64,000 nucleotides of DNA. Source: Candidatus Tayloriibacteriota bacterium. Its GTDB lineage: Bacteria > Patescibacteriota > Minisyncoccia > Phycocordibacterales > UBA10002. A model generated the notes under the pieces. The model searched no databases. It was not told where the DNA came from and saw only the letters and a program-made list of their open reading frames with translations. The translations under genes and the position numbers were made by a program. This document shows positions 44,970 through 52,505 of the stretch, piece by piece. The stretch covers positions 63 through 64,062 of the forward strand of contig SIBZ01000001.1 of assembly GCA_009694955.1 (NCBI GenBank), given 5' to 3'. Position 1 is the stretch's first letter. Each line of letters opens with the position of its first letter.

Positions 44970-46391
44970 ATGAAAAGAAAACTTCTTCTCGCACTGTTTC
45001 TTGCGGTTCCGTTCTTTGTGGCAGCGGATTTTACTTCCTCAAACTGGCAGTACGAGCGGTCGCTTACGATGCCCGCGCTTCAAAGTTCCGGTTATGTCCG
45101 CGTTAAACTCGATGGGGCAGTCGCTTCGGGGAGCCAAGGATTCAAAGATATCCGCGTGATGCAGGGTGAGCGGGAAGTACCCTACCAGTTTTCCGTCGAG
45201 ACCGCCGAAGTCCGCGCACAGTATATCGACTCACAGGTGTTGGATACCGTCGTGGACAGCGCCGGACGTATGCAGTTCATTCTCGACCTCGGACAAAACG
45301 GAACGCTCCATAGCAAACTGCACATCGAAACCGGTTCTCCAAATTACAAACGGCAGGTGAGTGTGTACGCGTCTCCCTCACTTCTCCCTCACGGCTCTTC
45401 TGGCTGGGACTTGCTCACCGACAAGGGATACATTTTCAAATTTACCGATCCGGTCACTAAGTTCAGTACCGACTCGGGTGAGGTCGCGTACCCGCAAAAC
45501 AGTTCCCGCTATCTGCGTGTCGTGGTTGAGAGCGGTCCCGAGGGGGCGCTGTCGCTCGCGTCGGGAAGCGTGTATCGGTATGAAATCAGTTCCGCGAAAG
45601 AGGAGACGGAAACGGTTCCCGCCGACGTGCTTCAGAACAAAGAGACGCAGACAACCGATATTATCGCCGACCTCGGTGCCCCCGGTATCCCGACGCACCA
45701 GGTCACGCTCTCGATAAGCGACAGAGGAAACTTCAGCCGGACCGCGTATCTCTTTGGGAGTAATGACGCGACGGCGTGGTCGCGCATCGGGCAAGGGCAT
45801 CTCTCGCAGATTGATACTCCGAAATTCACCGGCGGAAATTCGACGATAGAGTACACCGAGTCAACCTACCGTTACTACAAAGTCAGTATCCAGAATTTTG
45901 ACGATATACCGCTTACGGTCGCGAACCATATTGAAGTGGTGCACATCATCCGCACGGTTGTGTTCGAGGCAACCCCATCGGCTACGTACACACTCTACTA
46001 CGGCAACCCATTGGCGTTCACCCCACGCTACGACCTCTCGCGTTATTTCGAATATCTCGAGACCACGTCGCTTCCCGAAGCGACACTCGGAGGCGAACGC
46101 GAAAATCCAAAGTATGTCGCGCCGGCTGGTCCTGTCGTGCCGTTCACCGAACGCAATAAAGTATTGCTCAATGTGACACTCGCGTTTCTGTGTCTCTTGA
46201 TCGCCGTGTTTGTCGGTTGGTATATTTGGAGACATGTGAAGCACCGCGCTCCGACAGGAGCAGCTTCGCCTGTCATACCGTCGGCACTTCCACAAACACC
46301 TGCACCTGCTCCGCAATCAGCGGCCTTGCCGTCACAACCAGCATCTCCTCCTCCGGCACCCGTGCAACCTACCGAAGCCCCGCGACAATGA
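44970..46391 (+). CDS. Secreted protein with a C-terminal TM anchor and a Pro-rich tail, resembling DUF3999
   Basis: Signal peptide (MKRKLLLALFLAVPFFVAA), a ~400-aa beta-rich ectodomain, one TM near the C-terminus (LLNVTLAFLCLLIAVFVGWYIW) and a proline-rich tail. Confidence 0.5.
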   Translation: MKRKLLLALFLAVPFFVAADFTSSNWQYERSLTMPALQSSGYVRVKLDGAVASGSQGFKDIRVMQGEREVPYQFSVETAEVRAQYIDSQVLDTVVDSAGRMQFILDLGQNGTLHSKLHIETGSPNYKRQVSVYASPSLLPHGSSGWDLLTDKGYIFKFTDPVTKFSTDSGEVAYPQNSSRYLRVVVESGPEGALSLASGSVYRYEISSAKEETETVPADVLQNKETQTTDIIADLGAPGIPTHQVTLSISDRGNFSRTAYLFGSNDATAWSRIGQGHLSQIDTPKFTGGNSTIEYTESTYRYYKVSIQNFDDIPLTVANHIEVVHIIRTVVFEATPSATYTLYYGNPLAFTPRYDLSRYFEYLETTSLPEATLGGERENPKYVAPAGPVVPFTERNKVLLNVTLAFLCLLIAVFVGWYIWRHVKHRAPTGAASPVIPSALPQTPAPAPQSAALPSQPASPPPAPVQPTEAPRQ

Positions 46392-46461
46392 TACTCACCG
46401 CTCCGACTCTCGTCGGGGCGGTTTTCGTTGCATGAACGCCATCACACGCTAGAATGACTGT

Positions 46462-47334
46462 GTGAAACATACGAAAGCGACCATTTCTCTGTTCCAAAGG
46501 ACGGTAACCAGGTACTATCGAAAGTGCCGGAGAGATTTTCCGTGGAGGGAAACGCGCGACTCGTATGCGATTTTGGTTTCAGAAATAATGCTCCAACAGA
46601 CGCAAACTGACCGAGTGGTTCCGAAATATCTGGAATGGATGAAAACATTTCCGACACTTGAAGCGCTTGCGCAAGCCGGTGTGGGTGATGTACTAAAGAA
46701 ATGGCAAGGACTCGGTTACAATCGGCGCGTACTCAATCTGAAACGTTCCGTGGAAATGATTGTGAAAGAGTACAACGGAGTGTTTCCTAAAACGGTTAAG
46801 GAAATAGATACGCTTCCCGGCGTCGGGCCGTACACGGCAGGAGCTATCGGCGCCTTCGCGTTTGGAATTCCTTCCGTATTTATTGAGACGAATATCAGGA
46901 CAGTGTATTTGCATTTCTTTTTTAAGGGAAAGAGGAAGGTGAGAGATGAGGAGATTTTGGAGATAATAGAGAGGACATTGCCTACGACCAAAAAAAACAC
47001 CACCACCCCGTCCCGCCGACGGGACACCCCTCCTCAACTGAGGAGGGGAAGCATTCGGGAATGGTACAACGCACTGATGGACTACGGATCAATGTTGAAA
47101 AAGACTGAAGGAAACGAGAACACGCGTAGCGCGCAGTACACGAAACAGCCGGCCTTCAAAGGTTCGCGTAGAGAGGTGCGGGGAGCGATTCTTAAACGAG
47201 CAGCGGAAAAGAGGAAAGTAACCGTGGATGATTTCAAGCAGTACGTTTCTGCTCATCCGGTGGCTGATATTATGTCCGAATTAACAGAAGAAGGTTTCTT
47301 GAAAAAAGAAGGAAAAGCATTTAGGCTAGCATAG
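46462..47334 (+). CDS. HhH-GPD glycosylase, MutY/EndoIII-like N-terminal domain, lacking Fe-S cysteines; carries an in-frame copy of the 53-bp hairpin repeat
   Basis: ...FPWRETRDSYAILVSEIMLQQTQ...KKWQGLGYNRR...LPGVGPYTAGAI...REWYNALMDYG. The repeat at 46997..47049 is translated as TTTPSRRRDTPPQLRRG. Confidence 0.75.
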   Translation: MKHTKATISLFQRTVTRYYRKCRRDFPWRETRDSYAILVSEIMLQQTQTDRVVPKYLEWMKTFPTLEALAQAGVGDVLKKWQGLGYNRRVLNLKRSVEMIVKEYNGVFPKTVKEIDTLPGVGPYTAGAIGAFAFGIPSVFIETNIRTVYLHFFFKGKRKVRDEEILEIIERTLPTTKKNTTTPSRRRDTPPQLRRGSIREWYNALMDYGSMLKKTEGNENTRSAQYTKQPAFKGSRREVRGAILKRAAEKRKVTVDDFKQYVSAHPVADIMSELTEEGFLKKEGKAFRLA

Positions 47335-47342
47335 TTCTTGTT

Positions 47343-47438
47343 CCTCCTTTGTTAAAGGAGGTGGCCGACAGGCCGGAGGATTTAAATCCCTCCTTTCGCA
47401 GACTCAAGTCCTCCCTTTAGAAAAGGGAGAATTAAGAC
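47343..47438. repeat. ~90-bp double-hairpin element homologous to 31447..31530; supplies the SD for the downstream RNHCP gene
   Basis: ggaggatttaaatccctcc ... ctccctttagaaaagggagaattaagaccatATG. Confidence 0.6.
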
Positions 47439-47441
47439 CAT

Positions 47442-47750
47442 ATGAAACGCTTTACCCGAACCAAAGAAGACTTCATCTGCGCCCATTGCGGTACCTGTGT
47501 AACCGGCACCGGTTATACAAACCACTGTCCAAAGTGTCTCTGGAGCAAGCATGTTGATGAAAATCCGGGAGACCGCGCTTCCCTCTGTAGGGGGGCGATG
47601 GCTCCGCAGAGTGTGGAAGTTTTGTCAGGTGTGTACCGAATCCTGCATAAGTGTGAGCGATGTGGTTTCGTCCGAGTTCAGGATGCTTCGAAAGAGGACG
47701 ATATAGAGCGCCTCATTGAGCTCTCGGCTCAGCCGTTTTCAAAACCGTAA
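47442..47750 (+). CDS. RNHCP-domain zinc-ribbon protein
   Basis: ...FICAHCGTCVTGTGYTNHCPKCLWSKHVDENPGDRASLCRGAM...CERCGF carries the RNHCP signature. Confidence 0.65.
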   Translation: MKRFTRTKEDFICAHCGTCVTGTGYTNHCPKCLWSKHVDENPGDRASLCRGAMAPQSVEVLSGVYRILHKCERCGFVRVQDASKEDDIERLIELSAQPFSKP

Positions 47751-47754
47751 CGCG

Positions 47755-48939
47755 TCAGTTGGGAAGTAGTGCGTCTTCGAGTGCTTTCTTGAGCGCCGGA
47801 GCGACGTTCTCGTTGAAACTCTCCATACTCACCTGCACGTCTCCTTCGAAAAGCGTGTCGATACTTTCTTTTGTGTGCTTTTTAAAACTGTCGCCGATGT
47901 GACTCATCGTGAGTGCGTTGAGGTCACGCTCGCCGGTCGTATCTCCCATCGAGGAAGTCACAATGAGGCCGATAAGTTTGCCTTCACGGCTCACGATTGC
48001 TCCACCACTTGAACCCTGTTGCGCGACGACTGAGCCTCCGATGGAAAACATATCGGAGGTTCCTCCTTCGAAACTGTAGATGGTGCCCGGCTGTACGATT
48101 GATGAGCTCGGGTAGAGGTCCTTCTGGATATTGATGCCACTGAGGAACCCAGCCGGATATCCGGCGGCAAGAGCTTCTTCCTTCGCGCGGATAGCTCTGT
48201 TGCTGTAGTCCATCGGAATGTACGGGAAGGTCTCAGGCAAAGGGGCATCAACATTTGTCGAACTCTGTATCAGAAGGAGAGCAAAATCGTGTTCTCCTGT
48301 GCCTGTCGCATCGGCAATGTCTATCTTTTTCGCATTCGCTGAAATCCAAAATGGTGAAAGATACAGAAGCTTTGCGCGATAGCGATTTTGCGCCGGTTCT
48401 CCGGTACGGATGACGCAGTCAAGAAAATCTGGAGTGAGGTAATCCTTTAGCAGAAAGTACTGCCCGATGTGCGCGTTGGTGAGGATAACCCCGCGCGGGT
48501 CGATTAAACTGCCGCTTCCCGAAATCGGGTTGAACGACCCGCCCCGCCTCGTCGTGCACAAGATATTCACGAGCGCCTCGCGCGTCTTCGTGTTCAACTC
48601 ATCAAATGAAAGCTGTGGTACGACAGGCTCGGGGGTAACCGGAGTGACGACGGGCGTCGTGGTGGCGGGAGAAGTAGGAAGGGGGACAGTCTTGGCGGTG
48701 GGAACCAAAGGTACTTTTTTTGGAGGAATTTTTACAGGCTCTTTTTCCACGGCGAGTGTTGTTGAGGCTACCTTCGGCTCTTGCACACGCGCCAACGCAG
48801 TTGAAGATGCAAGAGGTTTCTCCGCCACGTCTGCGACCGGCACGGCAGGCACCTCATGCGAAGGTGTAGGCGTTGCCACAGCCCAGAGCAGGGCGATACC
48901 CCCGAGCGCGTGAATAAGGAGTCGGGCAAGAAATAGCAT
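47755..48939 (-). CDS. Membrane-anchored trypsin-like (S1) serine protease
   Basis: N-terminal TM, a Pro/Thr-rich linker, the catalytic triad context (TNAHIG; DFALLLI; GSSGGAIV) and a 394-aa length. Confidence 0.8.
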   Translation of the reverse strand: MLFLARLLIHALGGIALLWAVATPTPSHEVPAVPVADVAEKPLASSTALARVQEPKVASTTLAVEKEPVKIPPKKVPLVPTAKTVPLPTSPATTTPVVTPVTPEPVVPQLSFDELNTKTREALVNILCTTRRGGSFNPISGSGSLIDPRGVILTNAHIGQYFLLKDYLTPDFLDCVIRTGEPAQNRYRAKLLYLSPFWISANAKKIDIADATGTGEHDFALLLIQSSTNVDAPLPETFPYIPMDYSNRAIRAKEEALAAGYPAGFLSGINIQKDLYPSSSIVQPGTIYSFEGGTSDMFSIGGSVVAQQGSSGGAIVSREGKLIGLIVTSSMGDTTGERDLNALTMSHIGDSFKKHTKESIDTLFEGDVQVSMESFNENVAPALKKALEDALLPN

Positions 48940-49027
48940 AGGATTGGATTATACTAAAGTCATCCGCGAATGACGAACGGAAAGGAAAATTGCGAGCATG
49001 CATTTTTTCTGTTAGGCTTTGCAACGA

Positions 49028-49098
49028 AGCGGGATTAGTTTAATGGTAGAACTGCAGTTTTCCAAACTGTAGGCGGGAGTTCGATTCTCCCATCCCGC
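49028..49098 (+). tRNA. tRNA-Gly (anticodon TCC)
   Basis: gcgggat...gcagt-ttTCCaa-actgt...gggag-ttcgatt-ctccc-atcccgc-a. Confidence 0.9.
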
Positions 49099-49261
49099 AT
49101 ACACAAGTAACCGGCCCAAGGCCGGTTTTTTTGTGCGGGATAGAAGATGTGGGACATCTTCGTGGGAGAATCGAAGCCTCTTTGAGCATACTTTCGAGCC
49201 TCTGCGAAGAAAGCATCCAAAGAGGGGACTGAGTCTGTAAGACTCGATTCTCCCATCCCGC
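49099..49261 (+). repeat. tRNA-associated tail element, copy 3. It has a terminator hairpin (aaccggcccaaggccggttttttt), H1 gaagatgt-ggg-acatcttc, the block GGGAGAATCGAAGCC..TTGAGC and H2 gagtc-tgtaa-gactc, and it ends with a 22-nt direct repeat of the tRNA-Gly(TCC) 3' end (tcgattctcccatcccgca).
   Basis: Read directly from the sequence. Confidence 0.8.
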
Positions 49262-49295
49262 ATAATAGTAAGTTCAGCCTCACAATTTAGGTAAG

Positions 49296-49327
49296 TACAA
49301 TATATTTGCGGTCGCAAATATATTGTA
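49296..49327. promoter_or_regulatory. 32-bp dyad-symmetric element tacaaTATATTTGCGgtCGCAAATATAttgta overlapping the -10 (tatact) of the PaaX-like gene; candidate operator
   Basis: A second copy at 49945..49976 differs only at a symmetric position pair (tacac...gtgta), which preserves the dyad. Confidence 0.6.
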
Positions 49328-49337
49328 TACTGAAGGG

Positions 49338-49922
49338 ATGCAGATACAGACGGGGAAAAGAAAAAGTACGAAAGAGAGAAAAGCGCGTATCGCTACTGTA
49401 CAAAAAGCGGTACTCTTTTCTCTGGCGGCCGCAGGAGGATTAACCCTTGCGTTACTTGCTCCAAATGCTCTTCAAGTACTTGAGCAATTTGGCTGGGTAA
49501 AGACAAAACGCAACTTTCGGCAGACAATCAATATTTCAGTTGAACGCTTGTCTCGTGCAGGATTGATTATTAAAGATAACGACGGTCACATCAACCTTAC
49601 CAAAAGAGGGGAACAACGTCTTTCTGAATTGGAAAGGATGCACTACCGAATTGATCAACCGAAGAGGTGGGATAATAAATGGCGTTTAGTCAGTTTTGAT
49701 ATAAAAGAAACCCGAAAAGAGGTACGGGAATTATTACGCTCGACACTTCAAAGTGTCGGATTCGTGCGTCTTCACCGGAGTGTCTGGGTATACCCGCACG
49801 ATTGCGAGGATTTTCTCTCACTTCTTAAGGTCGATTATCATATCGGCGTCGAAGTTCTCTATATTATCGCAGATTATATCGAGAATGACGGCTGGCTTCG
49901 GAAGCATTTTGACCTGTCGTGA
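49338..49922 (+). CDS. PaaX-family-like transcriptional regulator
   Basis: The C-terminal region WDNKWRLVSFDIKETRKEVRELLRSTLQSVGFVRLHRSVWVYPHD is typical of PaaX-like proteins. The start ATG is at 49338 (the ORF track used a TTG at 49323). Confidence 0.55.
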   Translation: MQIQTGKRKSTKERKARIATVQKAVLFSLAAAGGLTLALLAPNALQVLEQFGWVKTKRNFRQTINISVERLSRAGLIIKDNDGHINLTKRGEQRLSELERMHYRIDQPKRWDNKWRLVSFDIKETRKEVRELLRSTLQSVGFVRLHRSVWVYPHDCEDFLSLLKVDYHIGVEVLYIIADYIENDGWLRKHFDLS

Positions 49923-49944
49923 TACGGCAAGGTATCAATGAATA

Positions 49945-49976
49945 TACACTATATTTGCGGTCGCAAATATAGTGTA
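49945..49976. promoter_or_regulatory. Second copy of the 32-bp dyad element, in the convergent intergenic region downstream of the PaaX-like gene
   Basis: tacacTATATTTGCGgtCGCAAATATAgtgta. Confidence 0.6.
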
Positions 49977-50042
49977 CGTCGAGGAAAGTGAGGAAAGATT
50001 TTAGATGGCGCAGATAGAAACGAGAAGGAGTATATTTAGGAT

Positions 50043-50861
50043 TTAGGAACGTAGTGTCTTATCCAATCGTTTCGCTTCCGCCCACGCGAGCTCGTAGATT
50101 TTTTTCATCGCGTCGGCGATTTCCGCGCTCTCTATAATGACGCCGAGCTTCTCGCGCCATGAGGCAATCATCACTTTGTTGTCATAGATATTTATTTCCG
50201 GAGAAAAGTAATATTTATCTTCGGGAACAAACGCAATCTCGCGCTTTTCTTCTTCGTTGTACGAAGAACGTGCCCGCGCGATGAGTGTGCTCGGGACGAT
50301 AGCGCGAATGGCAATACCCGCTCCGGCACGGCGCTTATAGTATTCCGGAAAATAATTCGGGAGGCCTTTGTGCATGTCGTCTACGTTCGCGTACGCACGT
50401 ATCGCCTCTGCTGAAGTGAGCGTATCTTCATATACCTGTTTCAACCCCTCGGTACCCTCATAGAATTTTATTTTTGGGCGGTTTTGCGTGGCGTGTACGG
50501 AACGAAGCTCCGGCAGAAGCGCTTCGGCCCTTGTGATACGTTCCCTTGCGGCCTCGGCTTCCTTTCGAAGGTATGCAATGACCGACTCGGGCGGTTCGGC
50601 CGAGTACTCCTGCTTCGGCTCTTTGCCCGACACATTGACCACACCCTTGTTTGAAAGGGAATCAAGAATGTCATAACCGGTCGTGCGGTTGATACCGGCC
50701 TTCCGGCTGATTTGTGTGACGGTTCCTCTGCCAAGCTCAAGGAGAGCCACATACACTACTGCCTCCTTTTCGCCAAATCCGAGCGAGTGAAGGGTGGCGG
50801 GAAGTTCTTTCATTCCGTCATTCATACCGGCGAGTGTATCATCTAGCCAAAAATGTGTCAA
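50043..50861 (-). CDS. TrmB-family transcriptional regulator (paralog 3)
   Basis: LGFGEKEAVVYVALLELGRGTVTQISRKAGINRTTGYDILDSLSNKGVV is a TrmB wHTH. The start is probably MKELPATL at 50813. Confidence 0.65.
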   Translation of the reverse strand: MTHFWLDDTLAGMNDGMKELPATLHSLGFGEKEAVVYVALLELGRGTVTQISRKAGINRTTGYDILDSLSNKGVVNVSGKEPKQEYSAEPPESVIAYLRKEAEAARERITRAEALLPELRSVHATQNRPKIKFYEGTEGLKQVYEDTLTSAEAIRAYANVDDMHKGLPNYFPEYYKRRAGAGIAIRAIVPSTLIARARSSYNEEEKREIAFVPEDKYYFSPEINIYDNKVMIASWREKLGVIIESAEIADAMKKIYELAWAEAKRLDKTLRS

Positions 50862-50944
50862 TTTATTTCCACATAAATATGCCTAAGATACTAAATACTA
50901 TTGCAAAATACGGCTTTGTTAAGCATTTATAGTGACGATATCTT

Positions 50945-50974
50945 TTGACAGTATGTATAGCATTACGATATAAT
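50945..50974 (+). promoter_or_regulatory. Near-consensus sigma70-type promoter (TTGACA, 18-bp spacer, TATAAT) driving the two-gene hypothetical cassette
   Basis: ttgacagtatgtatagcattacgatataat. Confidence 0.6.
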
Positions 50975-51004
50975 ATACTCCGGAAGTCAAACGCCTTGAA
51001 AACT

Positions 51005-51382
51005 ATGAGAAAATTCAGAATTCGACACATGACTGTGTACCCATCGGACCGATGGTTCCTTGATGCAGAGGACGGCGCTAATTTCTTCAGCGAGCGTGGC
51101 TTTGAGGCGGTTCTGCAGAGTGAAGAAGTCCTCGTGACACCTGAGAAACGAATGGTCGTCTTCTTGTGTGTGTGTGACGACGGTTCATTTAAGCTCGTTC
51201 GAAAAGAAGGACGCTATGCGGAAACAATCATTGACCAAGGAATTTCATCGGTGTGCGAAAGTCTTACCGATGAAAACGCTGTCTTCCGCGGAGAAGGAAA
51301 CTATATGGAACACTACCGCTTCTTCTGTTGTGGGGAAGCCAAACAAGGATACTATGAAATTCAAAGTATGGAGAACCGTTAA
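51005..51382 (+). CDS. Hypothetical protein (about 125 aa)
   Basis: MRKFRIRHMTVYPSDRWFLDAEDGANFF...; cysteine-containing with no recognised domain. Confidence 0.4.
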   Translation: MRKFRIRHMTVYPSDRWFLDAEDGANFFSERGFEAVLQSEEVLVTPEKRMVVFLCVCDDGSFKLVRKEGRYAETIIDQGISSVCESLTDENAVFRGEGNYMEHYRFFCCGEAKQGYYEIQSMENR

Positions 51383-51827
51383 GGTTGGGACATATCCAAC
51401 CTGCGCTGACTTGGAAAAAGCTGTAAACGGTAAATGTGGAGGGCGAACGTGGTTTTCAAGTCTGCCTTTCATAATTCAGCCTGCCGGGACACTGGAACTC
51501 ACGTTGGTAAAAGGGTTTCAGCTTGGACAGCGTAGAAACGCAAGCCGTAAAGAGATTTGCGAACTCGCAAAGCGGGCGAGACTTCAGGAATGCCCGAATG
51601 AAGTGGCGGTTCAGTTGGTGTTACAGGATTTTATTGACCCGTACACGTTCGAGACCAACATCGGTTCGACGGAAAAATTGGGAGACCGCTCCGACTGCTA
51701 TATGAGCGTTAACTCCCGACTCGGAATGGTGTGGCTCAACTGCTATGTTGACCAGCCCGAGGGATTCGAACCCTCCATCGTCTGGGTGTTTGTGGTCCCG
51801 CAAACTGAAAAAAGTCTGGCAGTGTAG
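51354..51827 (+). CDS. Hypothetical protein (about 157 aa); overlaps the upstream gene by 29 nt
   Basis: MKFKVWRTVKVGTYPTCADLEKAVNGKCGG...; followed by a terminator at 51841..51880 (cgcagttcgcttcggcggactgcggggtttttta). Confidence 0.4.
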   Translation: MKFKVWRTVKVGTYPTCADLEKAVNGKCGGRTWFSSLPFIIQPAGTLELTLVKGFQLGQRRNASRKEICELAKRARLQECPNEVAVQLVLQDFIDPYTFETNIGSTEKLGDRSDCYMSVNSRLGMVWLNCYVDQPEGFEPSIVWVFVVPQTEKSLAV

Positions 51828-52026
51828 AAATTCAATATACTTCGCAGTTCGCTTCGGCGGACTGCGGGGTTTTTTATTTCTAATATAAAATAAGAAACAC
51901 CACCCCCTCTTCAATTCTCCCCCTCAACTGAGGGGGAGAGGAAGAGGAGAACACAAAACCCGCCGAGTGGCGGGTTTTGTGGAATTCTGGATTCCCGTTT
52001 CCACGGGAATGACAGAAAAGAAAAGA

Positions 52027-52299
52027 CTATTTGACTGCGTCCTTGAGTGCCTTGGCGGCGCGGAATTTCGGAACCTTCATAGCTTGTACCTGCACCATCT
52101 CTCCGGTGCGAGGGTTGCGTGCCTGACGGGCAGCGCGCTGTTTGACTGAGAAGATGCCTAAGCCCGCGATGGAGACTTCCTCTCCGGTCTTGAGCGTGTT
52201 GACGATTGACTCAAGAATCTTGTCTACCGCTTGCTCCGCCTGCACCTTCGTGCCGCCGAGTACGCCGTGGACCGCTTCGACAATACCTTGTTTGTTCAT
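52027..52299 (-). CDS. hup: DNA-binding protein HU
   Basis: MNKQGIVEAVHGVLGGTKVQAEQAVDKILESIVNTLKTGEEVSIAGLGIFSVKQRAARQARNPRTGEMVQV... is the canonical HU/IHF fold sequence. Confidence 0.9.
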   Translation of the reverse strand: MNKQGIVEAVHGVLGGTKVQAEQAVDKILESIVNTLKTGEEVSIAGLGIFSVKQRAARQARNPRTGEMVQVQAMKVPKFRAAKALKDAVK

Positions 52300-52505
52300 A
52301 GGTATGAAATTATCTTATTCTGTTAACCCCGCGGACCTTCGACAGGGCTGCGGAAACTTATAATCACACTAAACATTATATAGGAGGCCGTTTTTCCCGC
52401 AATAGGTCGAGAAAGATTGACAGAAACCCTATTTATTGTACAGAAATAGAAAAACACCCATTCAAACAGGTGTTTTTCTATTTTCATTCTGCTACTTACT
52501 ATCTC

